A stretch of DNA of 64,000 nt, from NCBI GenBank assembly GCA_050943615.1, contig JBMNPN010000002.1, forward strand, positions 224 through 64,223, read 5' to 3'. Position 1 is the first letter of the stretch. Each line of letters starts with the position of its first letter. A program made the position numbers and the translations under genes. This document shows positions 24,594 to 33,931 of this stretch, piece after piece. Origin of the DNA: Coriobacteriales bacterium (lineage in GTDB: Bacteria; Actinomycetota; Coriobacteriia; Coriobacteriales; QAMH01). The notes beneath the pieces are model-generated. The model was not told the DNA's origin. It saw only the letters and a program-made list of their open reading frames with translations, and did not search any database.

Positions 24594-24612
24594 CTCGCCC
24601 GCAGGGCGGCGG

Positions 24613-24719
24613 CCCGCGGAACCCGCGGCCCTCTCCCGCGGCCCCGGCGCCCGCGGAACCCGCGCCTCTCCCGCGACCCCGGCGCCCGCGGAACCCGCGC
24701 CTCTCCCGCGACCCCGGCC
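24613..24719. repeat. about 3 x 35-bp GC-rich tandem repeat
   Basis: CCCGCGGAACCCGCGCCTCTCCCGCGACCCCGGCG units at ~24613, 24650, 24685. Confidence 0.85.
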
Positions 24720-24737
24720 CCTCCCCGCGGGCGAGAA

Positions 24738-24986
24738 ATTAACCACATTTAGAATTTCAGGTTTCTTCGCGAACTGGGCAAACACGAAACCTGAATTTTA
24801 AATGTTGGTTAATTGTCGCCACCACCCCCAGTGGCAGCCCCATCCCTCGCGAACCGAGCGCGACCCCGGCGGTCTCCTGGAACCCGCGCTCCTCCCGCGC
24901 GGTTCCCGCAATTAACCGCATCTACAATTTCAGGTTCCTCCGCAACCTGGGAAAACGCGAAACCTGAAAATAAGATGCTGATTAAT
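24738..24986. repeat. family B 76-bp modules (24738-24813, 24911-24986)
   Basis: ATTAACC..AATTTCAGGTT / AAACCTGAA..G(G/A)TTAAT arms, directly upstream of the nuclease-like gene. Confidence 0.9.
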
Positions 24987-25031
24987 TTGGAGTATCGTGT
25001 GCTAGGGAGACGAGCGTGGAGAGGGGAAGCG

Positions 25032-26189
25032 ATGCAACTTGCGGTCAACAAGAACACAGCACTGTACCTGCTGCGCAGCATGCGTGCGAGGGGAGCATCC
25101 CCGCGCTACGCGCTCTCCCGTCGCTGCAATCTTCCCACTGCATCTCCTCACCCGCACAAACGGTGGAGCAAGAAGGGCCTGCGGGCATTCGTTCGCTCAA
25201 ACAAGTTAGCGTCGACTGCTCCGCTCGAGCAGGTCGACATCGCCGTTCCAAGCGGTGCTCCGCGCCTGTATCTGAGCATTGCCCGTTGCAGCACCTATGG
25301 CTCCGGACTTCCCAAGCGCTCGTTCGTCGATCTTGGTAGCGGCCTGTTCATGAGCAGCCCGGAGCTTCTGTTCGTGGAGCTTGCGCCAGAGCTGTCATTG
25401 CCGGAGCACCTGATGCTCGGCCTGGAACTTTGCGGCGGGTTCTCGCGCGACCCGGACAACCCGATCGAGGGCGACTGCACGTTCGACGTCCAGCCGGTGA
25501 CGTCGCGGGAGCGCATTTCAGCCTTTATAGAACGCTGCGGTAGGCTCAAGGGCGTCGGCCCCGCGCGGCGCACGCTTGCGCTGCTCGCCGATAACGCCTG
25601 GTCTCCCACGGAGGCTGCCGTGGCGGTCATGATCTCCCTGCCGCTCGAGGAGTACGGCTACGAACTCGGGCGCTGCGTTCTCAATCCCCGCTTTTCGACG
25701 CCCAAGCACCTGCAGCGTGCGGCGGTGCGGGAATCCCGCGTGCCCGACATCCTGATCGAGGGGACGTCTGTGGGCATCAACTACGATGGCGCCGTGCACT
25801 TCGACCTCGACTCGGTCGTCTCGGCGACGATGGCGCTGGACCGCGACCCCGGGAGCGCCGCCCTCAGCTGCGCGCTCACCGAGACCATGAACGCAGTGCG
25901 CGCCAAGCTCGTCGACGATATCCGCCGGAACCGAGAGCTCGCGGCCGACGGACTCACGGTGTTTCCCGTGGTCAAGGAGGACCTGTATGAGGAGGGTGGG
26001 CTCGACCGGGTCATGGCGCAAGTGGTCGCGGCGCTCGAGGCGCATGAGGGCGTCGAGCATCCCTTGCAGCGCGACGCGCTCGCCTCGGCGTTTGCCAGCA
26101 AGGAGCGCCAGGCACTCGTCCGCTCTCTCATTCCCGGGCCGGACAGGGAGCTCGACCCTTCATGCGTCGAGGCGTTCGTGGGATATTGA
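25032..26189 (+). CDS. AbiEi-like/DUF559(Vsr)-like putative endonuclease
   Basis: SSPELLF..LELCG, WSPTE..ISLP..YGY..LNPR, RVPD...NYDGAVH...DDIRRNREL..GLTVF; GAGGGG RBS; homolog of 38429-39472. Confidence 0.65.
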   Translation: MQLAVNKNTALYLLRSMRARGASPRYALSRRCNLPTASPHPHKRWSKKGLRAFVRSNKLASTAPLEQVDIAVPSGAPRLYLSIARCSTYGSGLPKRSFVDLGSGLFMSSPELLFVELAPELSLPEHLMLGLELCGGFSRDPDNPIEGDCTFDVQPVTSRERISAFIERCGRLKGVGPARRTLALLADNAWSPTEAAVAVMISLPLEEYGYELGRCVLNPRFSTPKHLQRAAVRESRVPDILIEGTSVGINYDGAVHFDLDSVVSATMALDRDPGSAALSCALTETMNAVRAKLVDDIRRNRELAADGLTVFPVVKEDLYEEGGLDRVMAQVVAALEAHEGVEHPLQRDALASAFASKERQALVRSLIPGPDRELDPSCVEAFVGY

Positions 26190-26197
26190 TTCGCAAT

Positions 26198-26273
26198 ATT
26201 AACCGCAATTAGAATTTCAGGTTTCTCTGCGACCTGCAGAAACGTGAAACCTGAAATTTGTTTGTTGGTTAAA
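26198..26273. repeat. family B 76-bp module
   Basis: ATTAACCGCAATTAGAATTTCAGGTTT...AAACCTGAAATTTGTTTGTTGGTTAAA, 8 bp after the nuclease-like gene stop. Confidence 0.9.
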
Positions 26274-26417
26274 TTGGCGGGCATGCGAAACACCCGCCGT
26301 CGGGGCATGCCACCATGCGCGCGGGCGGACTCGTGCTCGCACCCGTTCCTCTCGTGCCGCGGCCCTGCGCTAGAATCGCTGGTAGACATACATCCCCTGG
26401 GCAGGAGGCAGATACCC

Positions 26418-27419
26418 ATGAGCCAGTTTCTCGAGAACGTGATTGCGCGTGCCAAGGCGGACAGGCAGACGATCGTTTTGCCGGAAGGGACAGACGAGCG
26501 CACGGTGAAGGCGGCACGCGAGATTATGGACCGCGGCATCGCCGACATCATCATCTTGGGAAGCGAGGAAGAAATCGCCGCCCATGGCGTCGACGTCTCG
26601 GGAGCGACGCTCATCGACCCCGCGAGCTCCGACAAACTCGAGCCGTACGCGCAGAAGTTCGCCGAGCTGCGCGCCAAGAAGGGCGTCACGCTAGAGCAGG
26701 CGCGCGAGCAGATGCACGACGTGAGCTACTTTGGCGTCATGATGGTCTACATGGGCGATGCCGACGGCATGGTCTCGGGTGCCTGCCACTCCACTGCCGA
26801 CACGCTGCGCCCCGCGCTGCAGATCCTGAAGACCGCCCCCGGCACCAAGCTCGTGAGCTCGTCGTTCGTGATGGACGTGCCCGATTGCGAATACGGCGAC
26901 AACGGGCTTCTCGTCGTGGGGGACTGCGCGCTCAACATCTACCCGGATACCGAGGAGCTCGCCGAAATCGCGCTGGCTTGCGCCGAGACCTTCGAGAAGC
27001 TCTGCGGCGGCACGCCGCGCGTGGCGATGCTCTCGTACTCGAGCTACGGTTCGGGCAAGGGGGACTCGGTCGACAAGGTCGCCGAGGCCACGCGCATCGC
27101 CAAGGAGAAGGCCCCCGACCTGGCGCTCGATGGCGAGCTGCAGGCAGATGCCGCGCTCGTGCCGGAAGTCGGCGCGCTCAAGGCGCCCGATTCGCCCGTT
27201 GCGGGCAAGGCGAACGTGCTCATCTTCCCCAACATCGATGCGGGCAACATCGGCTATAAGCTGGTGCAGCGCTTGGGCAAGGCCGATGCCTTCGGGCCGG
27301 TCATGCAGGGCATGGCAAAGCCGGTCAACGACCTGTCCCGCGGCTGCTCGGCAAACGACATCGTCGGGACGGTCGCCATCACCTGCGTGCAATCCCAGGC
27401 TCGCAAGGACGCCCACTAG
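26418..27419 (+). CDS. pta: phosphate acetyltransferase
   Basis: IVLPEG.DER, DADGMVSGA.HSTADT, DGELQADAA, LIFPNIDAGNIGYK, SRGCS; AGGAGG RBS. Confidence 0.96.
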   Translation: MSQFLENVIARAKADRQTIVLPEGTDERTVKAAREIMDRGIADIIILGSEEEIAAHGVDVSGATLIDPASSDKLEPYAQKFAELRAKKGVTLEQAREQMHDVSYFGVMMVYMGDADGMVSGACHSTADTLRPALQILKTAPGTKLVSSSFVMDVPDCEYGDNGLLVVGDCALNIYPDTEELAEIALACAETFEKLCGGTPRVAMLSYSSYGSGKGDSVDKVAEATRIAKEKAPDLALDGELQADAALVPEVGALKAPDSPVAGKANVLIFPNIDAGNIGYKLVQRLGKADAFGPVMQGMAKPVNDLSRGCSANDIVGTVAITCVQSQARKDAH

Positions 27420-27567
27420 CCAGTCACGCGTGCACTGCATACCCTTTTCTTGTGCAAATATGGGCGCGCGTGCCCTGATGGCGCCATGACTGGCGTATCA
27501 TTCTTCAAGTTACGCACATCTCTTAGATGCGCATAGGCAATGCAAGCGTTCTTGGGAGTAGAGAACT

Positions 27568-28596
27568 TTGGCGGACGAAAAGCTCATAACCTATGCAGTT
27601 CCCTGCTATAACTCTGCGGAGTACATGGACCACTGCATCGAGTCGATTCTCGCGTGCGGGGCAGATGACATCGAGATCGTCATAGTCGACGACGGCTCGA
27701 CCGAGGACAACACCCTCGAGAAGGCGCGCGACTGGGCCGTGCGCTACCCCGATATCATCCGTGCAGTCCACCAGGAAAACGGCGGGCATGGCGCTGCGGT
27801 CATGAAGGGGCTTGCCGAGGCGCACGGGCTCTATTTCAAGGTCGTCGACAGCGATGACTGGCTCGACAACGCGAGCAACGTCAAGATGCTCGAGACGCTG
27901 AGGAAATTCCAGGAGCGCCCGCTCGACCTCATGATCGTCAACTACGTCTACGAGCACGTGGCGGACAACACCCGCGAGGTCATGAACTACCGCCACATCC
28001 TGCCCGAGAACAAGGTGTTTCGCTGGGAGGAGTGCGGGAACTTCCCACCGTCCAAGGTCATCCTCATGCACTCGGTCGTCTATCGCTCCCAGATGCTGCG
28101 CGACTGCGGGCTGCAGCTCCCGAGCCACACCTTCTACGTCGACAACATCTTCGTCTACGTCCCGCTACCGAGCTGCAGGCGCCTCTACTATCTCGACGTC
28201 GACCTCTACCGTTACCTGATCGGCCGTGACGACCAGAGCGTCAACGAGCAGGTGATGATCGGGCGCATCGACCAGCAGCTGCGCATCACGCGCATCATGA
28301 TCGACGCGTTCCGCCTGCAAGAAGACGTCGCGAGCCTCAAGCTGCGCCAGTACATGGTCAACTATCTCTCCATGATGATGATCATCTGCACGATCTTCAG
28401 CATGATGAGCGACCGCGAGGACAAAGACCAGCTGCGGCGCGACATCTGGCACCACCTGCAGGCGCACGATCCGGCCACCTATCACAAGATCCGTTATGGT
28501 ATTTTTGGGATTGCCGCGCACTTGCCGGGCGAGCGGGGGGACAAGATCCTGCTTTCGCTCTATCATGTGGCGCAGAAGATTTTCAAGTTCAACTAG
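27568..28596 (+). CDS. glycosyltransferase family 2
   Basis: VPCYN, VDDGS, HQENGGHG, VVDSDDW (DxD); TTG start. Confidence 0.92.
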   Translation: MADEKLITYAVPCYNSAEYMDHCIESILACGADDIEIVIVDDGSTEDNTLEKARDWAVRYPDIIRAVHQENGGHGAAVMKGLAEAHGLYFKVVDSDDWLDNASNVKMLETLRKFQERPLDLMIVNYVYEHVADNTREVMNYRHILPENKVFRWEECGNFPPSKVILMHSVVYRSQMLRDCGLQLPSHTFYVDNIFVYVPLPSCRRLYYLDVDLYRYLIGRDDQSVNEQVMIGRIDQQLRITRIMIDAFRLQEDVASLKLRQYMVNYLSMMMIICTIFSMMSDREDKDQLRRDIWHHLQAHDPATYHKIRYGIFGIAAHLPGERGDKILLSLYHVAQKIFKFN

Positions 28597-28777
28597 GAGC
28601 AGTTTCATGTACCTCTACGGGAGAGAGCCGTAGCTGCCTCTTTCGGACGCGCATCTGCCGTCGAATAAGGCGGATGCGAAAAACACTGACCAATTCAGGC
28701 GAATGACGTCGCGCTTTGCGCATGCCCTTGCGCGTGCCGAGTGCGATTCTTGAGACGAGAAAGACAGAAACACCACC

Positions 28778-29857
28778 ATGTACGACAAACTGAAAAAGAT
28801 CATCGAAGCCTTTGAGGAGCTCGAGGCCAAGCTCGGCGACCCTGCGATTTTGGCCGACCAGAAAGAGTACACGCGCCTTGCAAAGGAACATGCGCGCCAG
28901 GGAGACCTCGTTGCCGCCGCGCGCAAGTACGTCTCGCTGTGCGACCAGCTCGAGTCTGCCAAAGAGGAGATCAAGATCGAGTCCGACCCCGATTTAAAGG
29001 AGCTCGCCCAGGAGGAGGTCACCGACATCGAGGAGCAGCTGCCCGCCCTGGAAGAGGACATCAAGTTCATGCTGCTTCCCCAGGATCCCAACGACGAGAA
29101 GGACATCATCGTCGAGATCCGCAGCGCGGCCGGCGGCGACGAGGCCGCCATCTTTGCAGGCGACCTGTTCAAGATGTACTCGCGCTATGCGGACAGCAAG
29201 AAGTGGAAGGTCGAGGTCATCGATTCCTCCCCGTCCGACCAGGGCGGGTTCTCCAAAATCGAGTTCAAGGTGCTTGGCGACAAGGTCTACAGCTCGATGA
29301 AGTTCGAGTCCGGCGTGCACCGCGTGCAGCGCGTCCCCAAGACCGAAAGCCAGGGGCGCATCCAGACCTCGACGGCGACGGTTGCCGTCATGCCCGAGGC
29401 AGACGAGGTCGAGGTGGAGATCAAGCCCGAGGACATCCGCATCGACGTGTTCCGCGCCGGCGGTCCCGGTGGGCAGTGCGTCAACACGACCGACTCTGCG
29501 GTGCGCATCACGCACCTGCCGACCGGCTTGGTCGTGCAGTCGCAGGACCAGAAGTCGCAGATCCAGAACCGCGAGGCGGCACTCCAGGTGCTGCGCGCGC
29601 GCCTGTACGACAAGATGCTGCAGGAGCAGCAGGAAGCGCAGGGAGCCGAGCGTCGCAAGCAGATCGGCGGCGGCAACCGTTCCGAGAAGATCCGCACCTA
29701 CAACCAGCCGCAGGACCGCGTGACCGACCACCGCATCGGCTACAACGGGACCTACTCGGGTATTCTCGAGGGCGATGGCCTGGGCGACCTTATCGAGAAC
29801 CTCGCGGCGGCGGACCGTGCCGCGCGCCTCGAGCAGGCGACGGGCGAAGCTGCCTAA
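28778..29857 (+). CDS. prfA: peptide chain release factor 1
   Basis: GGQ motif ([12 protein letters not shown]) and PxT motif ([10 protein letters not shown]); followed by prmC. Confidence 0.97.
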   Translation: MYDKLKKIIEAFEELEAKLGDPAILADQKEYTRLAKEHARQGDLVAAARKYVSLCDQLESAKEEIKIESDPDLKELAQEEVTDIEEQLPALEEDIKFMLLPQDPNDEKDIIVEIRSAAGGDEAAIFAGDLFKMYSRYADSKKWKVEVIDSSPSDQGGFSKIEFKVLGDKVYSSMKFESGVHRVQRVPKTESQGRIQTSTATVAVMPEADEVEVEIKPEDIRIDVFRAGGPGGQCVNTTDSAVRITHLPTGLVVQSQDQKSQIQNREAALQVLRARLYDKMLQEQQEAQGAERRKQIGGGNRSEKIRTYNQPQDRVTDHRIGYNGTYSGILEGDGLGDLIENLAAADRAARLEQATGEAA

Positions 29858-29858
29858 G

Positions 29859-30713
29859 ATGGGCGATACCTGGACGGTCGCGCGCACGCTCGACTGGTGC
29901 AAGGGCTACCTGGAACGCCACGACGACGAGCACCCGCGCCTGAGCGCCGAGATCCTGCTCGCCGCGGCAACGGGGCTTTCGCGCGTCGAGCTCTACGCCT
30001 ACTTCGATCGGCCGCTGAGTGCAGAGGAGCGCGCAACGCTGAGGGAGTCCCTCAAGCGCCGTGGTGCTGGAGAGCCGCTCCAGTACGTGACAGGGGATGC
30101 GGCGTTTCGGCATATCGTCGTGAAGACTGCCCGTGGCGTGCTCATTCCCCGCCCCGAAACGGAGAGTCTGGTCGAGCTCGTGCTCTCGGAATTCGCGGAG
30201 CATGATGGAGAGGTCCAGGCGCTCGAGGTCGGCTGCGGGACGGGCTGCATCGCCTGTTCCCTTGCAAAAGAAGCCGGCATGCACGTCACGGCGACTGACA
30301 TTTCGCCCGAAGCCCTCACGTGCGCCAAGGGAAACGTCGAGATGCTCGGCCTGACAGATAACGTCGACGTCGTCGAGGCCGATTGCGTCGAGGGCGTCGA
30401 GGGCCCCTTCGATGTGCTCGTGAGCAACCCGCCCTACATCCCGACGGCGGTGCTCTCGGAGCTTCCGCAGGAGGTCGTGGGCTTCGAGCCAAAACTTGCG
30501 CTCGACGGCGGAATAGACGGGCTCGTCTTCTTCGACCGCCTGGTCGCGGAGGCAGTTCCGCTGCTCACTTCCGGTGGCTTTTTTGCCTGCGAGCTTCACG
30601 AGGACTGCCTTGACGAGGCGGCTACCCGACTCGAGCGGGCGGGGCTTCATGACGTTGCCGTGCACGAGGATCTGACAGGCCGCTCGCGCTTTGTCACGGC
30701 CCATACCGCTTAA
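29859..30713 (+). CDS. prmC: release factor glutamine methyltransferase
   Basis: GEPLQYV, LIPRPETE, VGCGTG, SNPPY, LALDGG.DG. Confidence 0.95.
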   Translation: MGDTWTVARTLDWCKGYLERHDDEHPRLSAEILLAAATGLSRVELYAYFDRPLSAEERATLRESLKRRGAGEPLQYVTGDAAFRHIVVKTARGVLIPRPETESLVELVLSEFAEHDGEVQALEVGCGTGCIACSLAKEAGMHVTATDISPEALTCAKGNVEMLGLTDNVDVVEADCVEGVEGPFDVLVSNPPYIPTAVLSELPQEVVGFEPKLALDGGIDGLVFFDRLVAEAVPLLTSGGFFACELHEDCLDEAATRLERAGLHDVAVHEDLTGRSRFVTAHTA

Positions 30714-30813
30714 GCGCCCAAGCGCTTTCCTGCACGTTTCGGCAATGTGAATTTGAGGCAAATCTAGGAGATTGTCTCGGCTGCCCTTTCCTGTTCTCAG
30801 GTACGATAGCAGC

Positions 30814-31545
30814 ATGAAACCCGTCCTCTTTTCCCGAGGACGTGCGATGGTTTTTCGGAGACGATACGTGAGCTTTCAGACGGGAATTTTCGCCCTTGAT
30901 GACATAGGCACGCCGGGGGACCGCAAGGTCTCCTTCGACGTCGCCGCCGAGCGCGCCTATGCGCTGGCGGGGAAGTACGCGTCTCCGTTCATGTCAGGAC
31001 ACTGTGGCACCTTCGCCTCATATCTTGCCCGCCAATGTGGATGCAATATCCGCGTCTGCTATCTCGAGTCGAAGCACTACAAGGTGCTCGTGCACGCTTG
31101 GTGCGAGCTGCCTTTTTCCCGTTCGGAAACAGGCGAGGAACTGTTCGCTGATATTCGAGGCGTGACCTCGAACGGAGATGATATTCTCCAGCCCTTCATC
31201 GACAATATTGCCGACTTTGCGATCTGCGAGGAGATGCAACGCGATGGAATGCGCGTCATGTACGGTCAGTTTGTCGCTCCGGGTGCGGATGCGCAGTTCG
31301 AGACTTGGTATTCCGAGCTAGACGGCACGAGCGATTTTTCCGAGGCACAAGATGCGCTCAAGGCATTCACCGATGGCTTCGAGTTCGAGGGCGTGTGGGG
31401 AGCGATGCGCGGGAAGACAGCGGCCGGCCAAGGCGAGGAAAGCTGGCACATCGCGTTCGACGAGGAACACGCAAAGAGAAGCGCTGAACCTGTGCTCGTT
31501 CCCCGCAAGCGGCGGCAGCCCCGTCAGAGGCGGGTGCTCTACTAG
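30814..31545 (+). CDS. hypothetical protein with putative Cys-His-Asp (papain/transglutaminase-like) motifs
   Basis: GHCGTFA...VHAWC...FADIRG; TACGAT -10-like hexamer 6 nt before the ATG. Confidence 0.6.
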   Translation: MKPVLFSRGRAMVFRRRYVSFQTGIFALDDIGTPGDRKVSFDVAAERAYALAGKYASPFMSGHCGTFASYLARQCGCNIRVCYLESKHYKVLVHAWCELPFSRSETGEELFADIRGVTSNGDDILQPFIDNIADFAICEEMQRDGMRVMYGQFVAPGADAQFETWYSELDGTSDFSEAQDALKAFTDGFEFEGVWGAMRGKTAAGQGEESWHIAFDEEHAKRSAEPVLVPRKRRQPRQRRVLY

Positions 31546-32060
31546 AGCGGGTCGACGTCGATGGGCTGCGACTTGATGGTGAGTATGAGCAGGTCGATGC
31601 CCTCGAGGATGAAGGCGATTCCGACAAACTGGATCAGCATGCTCGGCCAGATCAGGGCGCAGAGGCCAAAGAGCGCATCGAGGATGGAAACCACCAGTGT
31701 GAGGGCGCGGCCCTTGAAATCACCGAGGGAGATGATCGTGACGGTCTGCGCGATTCCCGTGACGAGGATGATGAAGGCGATGAGCCACGAGATGGTCGTC
31801 GAGAAGGCGAGCGGGTGGAACAGGCAGATCAGGGCGAATATCAGGAGCAGGATGGCAAAGATGAGCGTGGCTGTGCTGGCGGGCGTGCCACGTAGGCCCT
31901 TGCTCCAGGTGGTGAATGCCCCAATCGCTGCGACGAGGATGCCGATGCCGACGAGCACGCCGATGAACGAGAGCGAGAACTTGGGGAAGAACAGGAAAAT
32001 CACGCCGAGGATTATGAGAATCGCGCACGTGGTGCCGCCCATTTTCTTTTCGATGAACAT
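31542..32060 (-). CDS. HdeD/DUF308-family membrane protein
   Basis: About 6 short TMs with repeated LG...P..S pattern, 172 aa. Confidence 0.8.
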   Translation of the reverse strand: MFIEKKMGGTTCAILIILGVIFLFFPKFSLSFIGVLVGIGILVAAIGAFTTWSKGLRGTPASTATLIFAILLLIFALICLFHPLAFSTTISWLIAFIILVTGIAQTVTIISLGDFKGRALTLVVSILDALFGLCALIWPSMLIQFVGIAFILEGIDLLILTIKSQPIDVDPL

Positions 32061-32229
32061 GTTCTCGTTTCCTCTCTGCCTGCCTGTTTGATGTGAGCCG
32101 CCTGTATCGGGTGTTCTGCTCTAGTCTACACATATGTCAACGAAGCGGGCGGAAATTTTCCACTATGTGCAGAAGCTACCTGTGCTGTGCGGAATATACC
32201 CGCGCTGCCTCAGGTATCCCTGCCCAAAA

Positions 32230-32720
32230 AATCGCGCACACCTTCGCAGTAACGACCCAAAATCCTGCACGGCTCGAACCCGTGCGCGATTTTCCCGTAC
32301 TGTCGCTCGGGTCTGGAGCTGGCGAGCCGCTTTTTCTTCCAAAGCCTGCTGGGCTCCTCAAAGCGCTAGGCGAAAAATCGCGCACACCTTCGCAATGGAG
32401 TCCCAAAGAGGGCCGCAACGCGAACCCGTGCGCGATTTTCTCGTAGCGTAGTCTGGTTCTGGAGGCGGACGACGCGCTCCTTCCTACTGTCTGCTGGAAT
32501 TTTCAAGGCAGCAGGAATAATCGCGCATACCTTCGCAATAAAGACCCAAGGGGGCCTGCAACGCGAACTTATGCGCGATTTTTCGTTTCTACTCGGATCT
32601 GGAGCCGGCGAGCTGTTTTCTCTCCCAGGTCTGCTGGACTCCTCAAGCCGGCAGGAGAAATCGCGCACAGGTTCGCATTTTTTGCGAATAGGGGCCTGAA
32701 ATTCGAGCCCATGCGCGATT
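32230..32720. repeat. family A 62-bp palindromic modules, cluster 1 (32230, 32376, 32519, 32659)
   Basis: AATCGCGCA...TGCGCGATT, each unit 62 bp. Confidence 0.92.
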
Positions 32721-33025
32721 TCTTATTGGTGACCGTTGACTATGGGATCTCACTAGCGCTTGGCTTGCTCGTTTGCTGAGGCGGCATTCTTGGCACTACG
32801 GGTGTTGTCCAATACAGCAGAAAATCTAAGTCTATATATATAAAGTTATATAGTGTCACATGAATGAAACTATTTGCCATCTAACGGTTAAGTTTGCGAT
32901 ACCCTACTGCCACCGAAATCCTCCTATCATTGCAGATGTCGAAAGGGAATTGAGGTTAGCAAGACAGACCGCAAAGCCCCTTCCGCACAAAGGAAACAAG
33001 CTTCGAGTGGAAGGAAGTAATAAAA

Positions 33026-33460
33026 ATGGCATCTGAAATTATTGGCTACAACCCGTTCCGCGCAATCGACGAGTTCGAGAAGAGGATGTTCCGCGAGCCG
33101 TTCGCTCCGTTCTATTCTTCGAGCACCGCTGGCATCTTCAAGACCGACATCAAGGAAGACGACGGCAAGTTCGTCCTCGAGGCAGACCTGCCCGGCTTCA
33201 AGAAGGAAGACATCAACCTCGATGTCGACAACGACATCCTCACGATCTCTGCGGAACGTCATTCCGAGCATGAGGACAAGGACAAGGCCGGCAATTACAT
33301 CCGTTGCGAGCGTTCGTACGGCTCCTACAGCCGCAGCTTCGATGTAAGCGCTGTCGATATTGACTCCATCTCCGCCAAGTACGAGGACGGCGTGCTGACC
33401 GTGGATATGCCCAAGAAGGAAGAGCTTATCCCGAAGAAGCAGCACCTCGAGATTCAGTAG
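33026..33460 (+). CDS. Hsp20/alpha-crystallin small heat shock protein
   Basis: TDIKE...LEADLPGFKKEDI, ERSYGSYSRSF, AKYEDGVLTV..PK. Confidence 0.95.
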   Translation: MASEIIGYNPFRAIDEFEKRMFREPFAPFYSSSTAGIFKTDIKEDDGKFVLEADLPGFKKEDINLDVDNDILTISAERHSEHEDKDKAGNYIRCERSYGSYSRSFDVSAVDIDSISAKYEDGVLTVDMPKKEELIPKKQHLEIQ

Positions 33461-33583
33461 ACTCTCCAACGCCCTGGGCTGCGCCCCCCTCTAGAGCTCA
33501 GAGCGTATCCATTTCCTCCTTTTGGGGCCGGGGCGCAAGTAACTTCTGAGCCTCGGCCCCGCCTCTCTCTTTTCTCTCATTGC

Positions 33584-33624
33584 CGAAAGGGCCCGTCTCG
33601 TTGAATGCGAGGCGGGCCCTTTCG
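33584..33624 (+). terminator. strong hairpin after hsp20
   Basis: CGAAAGGGCCCGTCTCG / CGAGGCGGGCCCTTTCG 17-bp stem. Confidence 0.7.
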
Positions 33625-33692
33625 TATGCGTGCGGATTGGGGTGGAGCGCACGTGCGGCAAACGGGAGCGCGTCTAAGATTCATGCCGAGAA

Positions 33693-33884
33693 AATCGCGC
33701 ACGGGTTGCACCTAGTGGCGAATCTATGGGCATTTGCGAAGGGCGTGCGCGATTTTCATGTGCGGGGATGCGTGGCTTTCCAGCGCTGCTCTATTGTCTC
33801 GGGAAGCTCACAACCGCACAAAAATCGCGCAGGGGTTGCTCGTGGTGGCGAATCTGTGAGCGTCCGCGAAGGGCGTGCGCGATT
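33693..33884. repeat. family A cluster 2 (33693, 33823)
   Basis: Two 62-bp units with a shared core (GTGGCGAATCT). Confidence 0.92.
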
Positions 33885-33931
33885 TTCGTGCACAGGGTGG
33901 ACGCGTTGCGCAGCCTGCTACAATGCGTCCC

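Noticed and set aside
28715-28748. Family A-like half-arm before prfA
   Set aside because: One degenerate arm with no partner at 62 bp, so it was not counted as a unit.
32093-32723. ORFs across family A clusters (also 37556-38184, 40124-40906, 43335-43933)
   Set aside because: Frames through repeated non-coding modules giving repeated peptides such as NPCAIF, with no RBS or coding bias.
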